Of a DNA stretch of 64,000 bases, positions 57,176 through 64,000 are shown piece by piece; within the stretch, counting starts at the first letter, position 1, and each line of letters starts with the position of its first letter. Under the pieces are notes generated by a model, which saw only the letters and a program-made list of their open reading frames with translations, was not told where the DNA came from and made no database searches. Source of the stretch: Candidatus Saccharimonadales bacterium (GTDB lineage: Bacteria > Patescibacteriota > Saccharimonadia > Saccharimonadales > UBA4665); NCBI GenBank assembly GCA_035946175.1, contig DASYZQ010000008.1, positions 1,177 through 65,176 of the forward strand, in the 5' to 3' direction. The translations under genes and the position numbers were made by a program.

Positions 57176-57616
57176 ATGCCTACCGCACACGATCTCCGCC
57201 CGCTCCTCGACGTCCAGCAAAATCAGCTCAATCTGGTATTCAGCGACAGTGATGCCATTGACAGTAAGGCATTGGCAGTACTCGGTGCCAACGTCGCTAT
57301 CCTGTTGTTCATTGATCAAGCCGCACCGCATCTGGTGCTCTGGAAGTTCCTGACGCTTTATGGGCCGTTTATGTTGTCACTGGTCATGGACGTTATGTCG
57401 GTCTGGCCAAGGCAGTACAAAAGTGCCGCCCCAGACCTCAAAAAATCACCTGATTATTTGACTATGGACACCGGGCCCCTGATACTCCAGATACTCTCTA
57501 ATACGCAAGCCGCTATAGAGCATAACGCCCGTTTGAACAAGAAACGACTGCAGGCCTGTATCGTCTCAATCCTACTGACCAGCTTGGGTTTTATCGGGGT
57601 ATTGCTTATACTATAA
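57176..57616 (+). CDS. small 3-TM protein (DUF5706-like?)
   Basis: N-terminal helix with SDAIDSKALAVLG followed by 3 hydrophobic helices. The family assignment is from memory only. Confidence 0.45.
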   Translation: MPTAHDLRPLLDVQQNQLNLVFSDSDAIDSKALAVLGANVAILLFIDQAAPHLVLWKFLTLYGPFMLSLVMDVMSVWPRQYKSAAPDLKKSPDYLTMDTGPLILQILSNTQAAIEHNARLNKKRLQACIVSILLTSLGFIGVLLIL

Positions 57617-57618
57617 GT

Positions 57619-57750
57619 ATGAGTAAAATCATAGCCAACAGCAAACCAGCCAGGAAGGCGAGCTCCACATCGCCTCAGACCGGCAAGCCACGTATGCTCA
57701 AGCTACCTAAGCCAGATACTAATCTGCTAACCATCACTAAGGGGCTGTAG
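57619..57750 (+). CDS. possible 43-aa basic mini-ORF
   Basis: MSKIIANSKPARKASSTSPQTGKPRMLKLPKPDTNLLTITKGL. Its ATG lies 2 nt after the upstream stop. It is not in the ORF track. Confidence 0.25.
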   Translation: MSKIIANSKPARKASSTSPQTGKPRMLKLPKPDTNLLTITKGL

Positions 57751-57784
57751 ACCTTCACGTATCCATTCGCACAGAGGGTTATAG

Positions 57785-58576
57785 CTAATCAATAGCTTCT
57801 AGCCCTGTGGGGCTTAGTACGAATGTAGACATTGGGCTTACCTTGGCCAGAGCATCTCTGAGTACCATCTGAGTGGCGTCAGCCATCGCAACAAAACCGA
57901 CGGCCAATTTCTTATAGTCTGGGTGGGAGTATATTGAATTCAATGTAGCGCCAAGCGAATTGTAGAATATATCCGCAGGATCCTCCCTACGGAATAGATG
58001 GTGCCCGGTAGAGACAACGAATGAGGTACGATCTACTCCACTCCCCTCCAATTCGAAAACACTGGGTGCAGCTTCAATTGCTGTGTCCGCAATAACACGT
58101 TGGAGCTCGCCAGGCTGGTGGCCTTCACCCAGCACTGACGCGCGTTCAGTAATCATATTGCCGTAATTATGATATGTATTTTCCAGGCCGAACTGCTCTA
58201 GGAACAGGGCACCCACAGGGCTAGGAAATCTGTTTGCCACCATCCAACCGACGCGGCCTAAGTTGCCATCAAATTTACAATCCCCAGACGGATTCTTGCC
58301 ATGCCCCGTCAAATATAACTGCTTCCGGGCATCTTTAATGCCCGCCGGAAGATTAGGTGATATCCCAGCAACGAAGTAAACAGCGCCTGCGCCAATGCCG
58401 CCACCGCCTTCCTGAAGCAAATACTGTTGCCTGGCATAGTCTGGCGCGTCCTGACCGGGCAGGCGCCTATCCAGACACGTCATAACAGGGAGCCCGCCAA
58501 TTCGATAGGGCCGCTGAGTTGAGACTTGACGAGGAAGCCTTTCAGAGAGTTGTTCAATAAGTAAGGATTTTGACAT
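57785..58576 (-). CDS. hypothetical protein (possible distant paralog of 59558..60637)
   Basis: 263-aa ORF with no recognisable family. Confidence 0.5.
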   Translation of the reverse strand: MSKSLLIEQLSERLPRQVSTQRPYRIGGLPVMTCLDRRLPGQDAPDYARQQYLLQEGGGGIGAGAVYFVAGISPNLPAGIKDARKQLYLTGHGKNPSGDCKFDGNLGRVGWMVANRFPSPVGALFLEQFGLENTYHNYGNMITERASVLGEGHQPGELQRVIADTAIEAAPSVFELEGSGVDRTSFVVSTGHHLFRREDPADIFYNSLGATLNSIYSHPDYKKLAVGFVAMADATQMVLRDALAKVSPMSTFVLSPTGLEAID

Positions 58577-58650
58577 CCGTACAAAATATCATATGGTAGG
58601 AAAAAATGCCAGCCTTTTTGTTATAGCTCGAGCATTCGGACGCAGTATCT

Positions 58651-58682
58651 AAAAATGCCGCCCGGATATGGACGGCATTTTT
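58651..58682 (-). terminator. bidirectional-type rho-independent terminator after the aquaporin gene
   Basis: AAAAATGCCG-12 nt-CGGCATTTTT. Confidence 0.65.
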
Positions 58683-58703
58683 AAGTTTGTATGTATATTT
58701 TGC

Positions 58704-59348
58704 TTATTTCTTTTTCGCAGCGACTTTCGTTTCGGCAGGCGCGAACAGGAGACCATACAGGTTAACCCCCAAAACCGCACCAAGTACTGGACCGAGCACG
58801 TAGGTACCCCAGCCCCACATACGAACACCGAGAGCCACTGCCGGATTAAGAATGGCGGTGGTTGTAGCGGACGCTACCAAGATGCCGACCACCAGAGCGA
58901 CACCGATGACTGAAGCTGCCTTACTATCCTCAAGCTTGTTGTAGGCAACCGCACCCCAGGCCAGGCCAAGTACGGCCGTACCAACTGCTTCAGCGACCAG
59001 GACTTTCGCCGAGTAATGGCCTACGTTTGACCATCCCTGGTTGACATAGTATTTGAACAACCAATAGGCAGCCCAACCGCCGAGCAACTGTGCCGCAACG
59101 TACATCACTGCTGGCATAGTTTTCACACGCCTGGCCGTCCAGAGCGCCACCGTAACTGCTGGATTAAACTGAGCTCCAGAAACTGAGCGGAGCACCAGCA
59201 TCATCGCCACAGCAACCACGCCAGCGACAACGGCTACGAAAAAGGGAAGACCAAGATTAGATTTACTTACCGAAAGATAACCGAGCGTCAAAACGCCGGT
59301 ACCTAGAAATTCAGCCACCACCATGGCGACTTTTTTGCGATCTAACAT
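58704..59348 (-). CDS. aqpZ: MIP-family channel (aquaporin/glycerol facilitator)
   Basis: Two NPA boxes (QFNPAVTVA and ILNPAVALG) and 6 TM segments. SD GGAGGG. Confidence 0.9.
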   Translation of the reverse strand: MLDRKKVAMVVAEFLGTGVLTLGYLSVSKSNLGLPFFVAVVAGVVAVAMMLVLRSVSGAQFNPAVTVALWTARRVKTMPAVMYVAAQLLGGWAAYWLFKYYVNQGWSNVGHYSAKVLVAEAVGTAVLGLAWGAVAYNKLEDSKAASVIGVALVVGILVASATTTAILNPAVALGVRMWGWGTYVLGPVLGAVLGVNLYGLLFAPAETKVAAKKK

Positions 59349-59459
59349 ACGAACCCTCCGTATTTAAGTACTTAATAGAAAGCGTAGCGTAAAGCATCAC
59401 ACTTGTAAAGCCCTTACGCTTATGGGCTGCCTGGGGTAGGCTTACCATGACCCCAGTCA

Positions 59460-59489
59460 TTGACATAAGCGGCGAAATAGGCGTAGTAT
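59460..59489 (+). promoter_or_regulatory. promoter TTGACA-18 nt-TAGTAT
   Basis: Read directly. It lies upstream of the 59558 gene. Confidence 0.45.
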
Positions 59490-59557
59490 ACGTACCGAAA
59501 AGAGCACTACATCGGCTTGCCTGATTGAGTGAGGCACGGTTTAGTGGTTTTTATTTT

Positions 59558-60637
59558 ATGAGTGTTCAAAAATCTAACACCCCGCATATTTATGGTGGGA
59601 AGCCCTCTGTCCGGGGAGCCTATCTAAGTCCTGAATTCCTCGCTACTCGGGAGAGTTGCTGGTCGCCTATAGACGACAAATTAGTTTTTGTCGGTTGCGG
59701 TGACGATCGACCACCGACACCTGAGTCAGCCACCCCCCTACAGGGCGTCGCGGGAGTGCTGGACCCTCGCATAGGTTATGCCAGCGTCTACGGCGGTGTG
59801 GCCGGGGAAGCTAAAAACGTCCTTGTGGTCGGTGCTGCCCTCTATGGTCCTCAGTTTATTACCGATCTCGGCGGTTTTGACGGCATTATGGCGCAGCTCA
59901 TTCGCCGCAGCCGGAACCCGCAGAGCCTGCATAGTGCCGTTGGCAACGAAGCTGACCAACGGCATCTTTGTATGCAAGGCAACAACCCCATCGGTTGTGC
60001 GTACTGTGGAGGGACCGGCCTCACATCAGCGTTGCTTACTGACTCCAAAGAGGAACTTATTCATGCTATAGCCTTCGAGGATCAAAAATATGTCTTCGGG
60101 AGTGATCAGGGTTTTGCCGAGCTGCTCCGTGGCCACCAGACGGTATTGGATCACGCCACGAATGGGAAGGGTAGCGCTTTTGCCTTCGGTCGCGACAGCT
60201 ATGTAATCTATCTACAGCGGTACCCGGACAAGCTGCATTTGATGATGCTTGACGGCAGTCATGCGCCTGCTAAGCATTCCGGAGTTATTACCAATTTCTC
60301 CCTCTCTGAGATCGGCAGTGCTCATAAAGCCCATGGGCAGGGATTAGATTTCTACCGTCTGGATGTCGCTGTTGTGACGGATAGTGTATTACAGGCCCTA
60401 GAAAGCCCCCTGCAGGATATTAACCCCAGCTACAAATTGCCAGCGGAACTGCTGATGCGGGCCTTCCTGCTTGATGCCGTGCCAGTACGCGCCGTATTAG
60501 CCGCCAATGATAGCAATCCCGAATTTCATGGTATTCACGATCCCCGTAATCTGCCCATCGGCGTGCGGGGTGATCAGTTCCAGGCCAGACAGATACTCGA
60601 ACAGCGCCAAGCCAGCGGTTATTACCTAAGCTCATAA
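59558..60637 (+). CDS. hypothetical protein, Cys/His-containing
   Basis: ORF 59525..60637. The first ATG is at 59558 (MSVQKSN). No family recognised. Confidence 0.5.
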   Translation: MSVQKSNTPHIYGGKPSVRGAYLSPEFLATRESCWSPIDDKLVFVGCGDDRPPTPESATPLQGVAGVLDPRIGYASVYGGVAGEAKNVLVVGAALYGPQFITDLGGFDGIMAQLIRRSRNPQSLHSAVGNEADQRHLCMQGNNPIGCAYCGGTGLTSALLTDSKEELIHAIAFEDQKYVFGSDQGFAELLRGHQTVLDHATNGKGSAFAFGRDSYVIYLQRYPDKLHLMMLDGSHAPAKHSGVITNFSLSEIGSAHKAHGQGLDFYRLDVAVVTDSVLQALESPLQDINPSYKLPAELLMRAFLLDAVPVRAVLAANDSNPEFHGIHDPRNLPIGVRGDQFQARQILEQRQASGYYLSS

Positions 60638-60744
60638 TCCAAACCCCTCATGACGCATATCTCATAGATAGGGTGAGATATGTCGCTTACGGTGAGAGGG
60701 TAACTCCGTACACTCATAGGAACAGATAATGTAGGAGTTGCCCG

Positions 60745-61026
60745 ATGAAAGACTCAGATCTTACACCAGACATAGTCGATATCTCGACTGAACTAGCTCT
60801 CTACGATTTGTTTACTGACCCCGACAGAACACCTTATAATATCCTTTGGGACAGATTTACACGTCAAGACCCCCGAGCTGCAAAGGCCCTGCTTGCTTTT
60901 GCCATCCTAAACAGCCAGGGAGACCCAATAGTTCGTGACGCTATGCTGTCAGCAGGCGTCCGGGTCGCCTCGCTCTATCGCTCAATGGTCCGCCAAGAAG
61001 CTTGCGTTAAATCATCTATACAGTAA
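60745..61026 (+). CDS. hypothetical 93-aa protein
   Basis: AGGAG lies 7 nt upstream of the ATG. Confidence 0.45.
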   Translation: MKDSDLTPDIVDISTELALYDLFTDPDRTPYNILWDRFTRQDPRAAKALLAFAILNSQGDPIVRDAMLSAGVRVASLYRSMVRQEACVKSSIQ

Positions 61027-61076
61027 GGCTATATAGCTGCAGCAATGCCAAAGAGGCCTGTCAACGAATAGCAAGA

Positions 61077-61913
61077 TTATGATTTAGATCTTTGATGAAC
61101 AGTTTCCGGGGGCGTTTCGCCATGTCCTGGTATAGGTTGGCCTTGTCGCCAAAGCATCTCAAAAAATTGTCGCATAGCATCAGCAATCTCTTGATTATAG
61201 ACTTCAACACCGAAGACTTCACCATCCCGCCAGTTGAAATAAGCTACTACGTCGTCGTAGATCAGGGTCGAGTGTGTTATTGGAAAGATGCTTTGGGGGA
61301 TATAGCGACCCTCCCAAAATTTGAGTTTTTCGTTGTCATGGTTGCCATACCACCGGCGCTGCGACAGCAAAAAATGATCGCCAGCAATGCTGCGAAACTT
61401 TATATCGCGCTCATTGCAGCGTTCCACCCAGCGTTCGAAAAAAACTAGGTTAGTTCGAGTCTGCATATTTTCATAAAGAATGGACAGGACCTCAGAGGTG
61501 GATTTTGTCTGATTCCACAACATTTGTTTTACGCCATCGGGCCCGCGGTAAAACTGCACATGTGTCAACGGTGAGTGCACTGCTGCAGGTTGATAAGCAT
61601 CCTGCAAACGCACAAGCTCCTGCTGTAAGTCGCGAATCTCTTGTTCGCGTTTTGTGAGCAAAACCTGTAAATTGCCAATCGGTGCCGCCCTATAGATCCG
61701 CCGTTTATACTCCGTCTCGATTTCTATCAGATTGTAATCAGTTAGCGTATCCAGCAAACGATATAGCCTCGTGCGTTCGATGCGGGCATTACGCGCCAAC
61801 TGCAGTAGACTCTGCCGCCCATAGGCATGCAGGGCCAGATAGACGTCGGCAACTTCAGGTTCAAGGCCCAGCTTAGCGAAATACTCATGTATAGGACTAA
61901 TATCGTCGGACAT
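61077..61913 (-). CDS. TrmB-family transcriptional regulator
   Basis: N-terminal winged HTH (YLALHAYGRQSLLQLARNARIERTRLYRLLDTL), a coiled linker and a C-terminal sensor-like domain. Confidence 0.75.
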   Translation of the reverse strand: MSDDISPIHEYFAKLGLEPEVADVYLALHAYGRQSLLQLARNARIERTRLYRLLDTLTDYNLIEIETEYKRRIYRAAPIGNLQVLLTKREQEIRDLQQELVRLQDAYQPAAVHSPLTHVQFYRGPDGVKQMLWNQTKSTSEVLSILYENMQTRTNLVFFERWVERCNERDIKFRSIAGDHFLLSQRRWYGNHDNEKLKFWEGRYIPQSIFPITHSTLIYDDVVAYFNWRDGEVFGVEVYNQEIADAMRQFFEMLWRQGQPIPGHGETPPETVHQRSKS

Positions 61914-61941
61914 GACGTCTATTGTCTAATGAGTGTGCACC

Positions 61942-61951
61942 GTTGCGCAAC
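61942..61951. promoter_or_regulatory. perfect 10-bp palindrome GTTGCGCAAC in the TrmB divergent region
   Basis: Read directly. A second palindrome, CAACGTTG, is at 61990..61997. Confidence 0.35.
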
Positions 61952-62028
61952 CAATATATTAGCCAGGGCTTTGCCAGTTACACTCCGAGCAACGTTGGAT
62001 TTAACCCAACGATCAAGGCAGACAGAAT

Positions 62029-63054
62029 ATGGCAAACTATGAATTAGCACAAATGCAAGGCGATGCACTTATCGTAGCGGCCACTATAAACGAGATTGAA
62101 CAACTCAACGCAGAGGATGGCGAAACGTGGCATAGGGCCCAGACCGACGCCGCCAGCTATATCGACAGCCTCTACAATGAATTTGTACCAAATATTGAAC
62201 CCCAGGCCCGTAGTTTAGGCAAGGCATTGGGATCGGTTGGTTTAGCGCTGGCCGAAATCCGCTATGGCCGAGATGAACACCACCCCAAATTGTACAGCGG
62301 TAGCTACGAGCACAATGTCCTAGCTACCTATCATCATGGAGCACACCCGCGACGTTTCCTGCACGGCATGCTGCAATACATGGCAGCAATTAATGTGATT
62401 CGGCCGGGCACATATGATGACATAGCCCTGAGCCAATCCCCGGGTATTGCAGGGCTACATGACGGCATCATGGGCAATGGTCGCGGCAACGACGAACGGC
62501 AAAGTGGCCTACTGGCAGCGGTAATGATGCCTGGCATGGGCTTCTCATCAGGCGCCGTCGAAACGACATTGGCAGCAATCGATGCCACAACTTGGAGTGA
62601 TGAACAACGAGCACAAGCTGTTGACGCCGCTAAACCACACATAATATATCAGCGGGCTGCTGGCGTCGGTGACCTTTTCAGCCTATTTACAAGACGAGGC
62701 CCCTACGAAACTGCCTGCTTGGGCGTAGAAGAACTCTGCAAGCAAAGTCATGGCCAAATTTTTACTCAGGAGGCCTATACCCGTGGTTTCCCCCTCGAAG
62801 GAACCCCGATAGACGAGTGTATGGAATTTATTGACAAATCCGAAGCGCTGCAAGCAGCATTCGGTGGCTTCATGCAAGGCCAAAGCACGTTCTATCATGA
62901 CTTTGCTCCGGCTGATCCAGCCCTCGATGACATGTTCCCCGGCCGGACAGACAATTTCGGGCTCATGCAGGAAATAGACCACGCCTACCGCACTGGAAGG
63001 TTCAATGCGATTGGCATACTGGGCGTCACTCGCGACTATATGCAGAATGATTGA
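62029..63054 (+). CDS. hypothetical His-rich protein (possible HD-like metal-dependent hydrolase)
   Basis: YHHGAHPRRFLHGML and AGLHDGIMG motifs only. The assignment is weak. Confidence 0.4.
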   Translation: MANYELAQMQGDALIVAATINEIEQLNAEDGETWHRAQTDAASYIDSLYNEFVPNIEPQARSLGKALGSVGLALAEIRYGRDEHHPKLYSGSYEHNVLATYHHGAHPRRFLHGMLQYMAAINVIRPGTYDDIALSQSPGIAGLHDGIMGNGRGNDERQSGLLAAVMMPGMGFSSGAVETTLAAIDATTWSDEQRAQAVDAAKPHIIYQRAAGVGDLFSLFTRRGPYETACLGVEELCKQSHGQIFTQEAYTRGFPLEGTPIDECMEFIDKSEALQAAFGGFMQGQSTFYHDFAPADPALDDMFPGRTDNFGLMQEIDHAYRTGRFNAIGILGVTRDYMQND

Positions 63055-63100
63055 TTTGCTAAGCTAGTGTATGGAACTCAGAAACGTAGAGGAGGGAAAT

Positions 63101-64000
63101 ATGCGAGCAGCAGAGATTCAAAGCTATGGTGGCAGCGACGTCATGAAAACGGTTAGCGATGCCGCTAAACCGACAATTGGTCCGGATGAGGTACTAGTGG
63201 CGGTACACGCTGCCGGTATTAACCCATTCGATTGGAAAATACGAGAAGGTCTTGTACGTAAAATGCGTGAACTGAGCTTCCCAGCAATCCTGGGCGGCGA
63301 TTTTGCCGGTACTATTGCTGAGGTTGGATCGAACATAAAAAACCTACAGCCAGGTGCCGCAGTGTATGGCATGGCTGACCCGCTTGGCAACCATGGATCA
63401 TTTGCCGAGTTCACCCCGGTTAAAGCCTCGTCGCTGAGCACTAAACCGATTAAAGTGGACTTCATACAAGCCGCAGCACTACCGCTGGCCAGTGTCAGTG
63501 CCTATAAGGCACTGATTGAACATACGAATCTGCAGAGTGGCCAAAAAGTTCTGATTCATGGCGGAGCTGGGGGCATTGGATCATTTGCCATTCAAATCGC
63601 CAAACATCTCGGTGCCTATGTAGCTACGACTGCAGCAACTGACGAAGTTGACTACGTTAAGGAGCGTGGTGCTGATGAGGTCATCGACTACACATCACAG
63701 CAGTTTGAAACCATCCTCAAAGACTATGATGCCATCTACGACACAGTCGGCGGGGAAGTCAACAAGAGGTCTTATCAAGTACTCAAATCGGGCGGTATCC
63801 TAGTCTCAATGGTTGCCCAACCTGATGAAGCCTTAGCCAAGCAATACAATGTCAAGGCGATCAACGAATTCACTCAGGTGACCACTGAGCGCCTCACCAA
63901 GATCACTGAACTCGTCGATCAGGGAATCCTCACCGTCCATGTTGACAAAACCTTTCCGCTTGAACAGGCGGCCGATGCTCTCGCTTATCTACAAAGTGGC
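63101..64000 (+). CDS. zinc-type alcohol dehydrogenase / NADPH:quinone oxidoreductase (MDR family), 3' end off-window
   Basis: Not in the ORF track because it has no stop in the window. GGAGGG at 63091 precedes the ATG. Translation gives MRAAEIQSYGG...AAGINPFDWKIREG...VLIHGGAGGIGSFAIQIAK. Confidence 0.85.
   Translation, partial: MRAAEIQSYGGSDVMKTVSDAAKPTIGPDEVLVAVHAAGINPFDWKIREGLVRKMRELSFPAILGGDFAGTIAEVGSNIKNLQPGAAVYGMADPLGNHGSFAEFTPVKASSLSTKPIKVDFIQAAALPLASVSAYKALIEHTNLQSGQKVLIHGGAGGIGSFAIQIAKHLGAYVATTAATDEVDYVKERGADEVIDYTSQQFETILKDYDAIYDTVGGEVNKRSYQVLKSGGILVSMVAQPDEALAKQYNVKAINEFTQVTTERLTKITELVDQGILTVHVDKTFPLEQAADALAYLQSG

Noticed and set aside
53917-57750. Intact prophage or mobile island around the tailspike-like gene
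   Set aside because: No integrase, terminase, capsid, portal or lysis genes, no tRNA target and no flanking direct repeats were seen within the window.
57785-60637. Beta-carbonic-anhydrase interpretation of the CxDxR motifs next to the aquaporin
   Set aside because: The second zinc-ligand motif HxxC is absent (HLC in one protein, H-8 residues-C in the other), and the overall length and order do not fit beta-CA. Kept only as an unexplained shared motif.
1-64000. rRNA, tRNA, tmRNA, RNase P, CRISPR arrays, IS elements
   Set aside because: I scanned all intergenic spacers longer than 100 nt (5687-5825, 7254-7420, 9507-10053, 14507-14807, 28321-28476, 30248-30484, 33388-33737, 53759-53916, 59349-59557, 60638-60744). 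No cloverleaf-like, repeat-spacer or terminal-inverted-repeat structure was seen. A covariance-model scan would be the definitive check.

Overview
Densely coded 64-kb bacterial window (roughly 45-52% GC by eye) using the standard genetic code. I found no rRNA, tRNA, CRISPR array, transposase or integrase. Gene content and the frequent -10 boxes 7-9 nt from start codons fit a Terrabacteria or CPR/Saccharibacteria-like organism, but this cannot be proven here. Left part (1-15.8 kb): housekeeping and transport genes, namely polyprenyl synthase, FAD oxidase, DMT transporters, NDH-2, MazG, an APC permease, a UvrD-type helicase-nuclease, a BHMT-type homocysteine methyltransferase and a CNNM/CBS protein. 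Centre (15.9-56.6 kb): about 40 kb of cell-surface glycan genes. These comprise two Wzx-like flippases, about 13 GT2/GT4 domains, several giant polytopic proteins, three membrane-tethered clan GH-A hydrolases, a CE4 deacetylase fusion, a processive QxxRW synthase fusion, a beta-propeller protein and a phage-tailspike-like beta-helix protein. Right part (56.7-64 kb): PPC/DUF296 protein, a small 3-TM protein, an aquaporin flanked by two unknown proteins, a TrmB regulator and a quinone oxidoreductase running off the window. Most interesting signals: (1) a leaderless 20-codon mini-ORF with a MMMVM run overlapping a terminator hairpin directly upstream of the methionine-forming methyltransferase, a candidate methionine attenuator; (2) unusual domain fusions in the glycan loci (GT2+processive GT2, polytopic+GH5, GT4+GT4+polytopic at 1524 aa, CE4+GT4); (3) perfectly conserved 41-nt and 60-nt DNA cores inside otherwise diverged intragenic duplications; (4) a helicase whose Walker A motif lies upstream of any canonical start codon; (5) an unannotated promoter-equipped 43-aa zinc-ribbon mini-gene.
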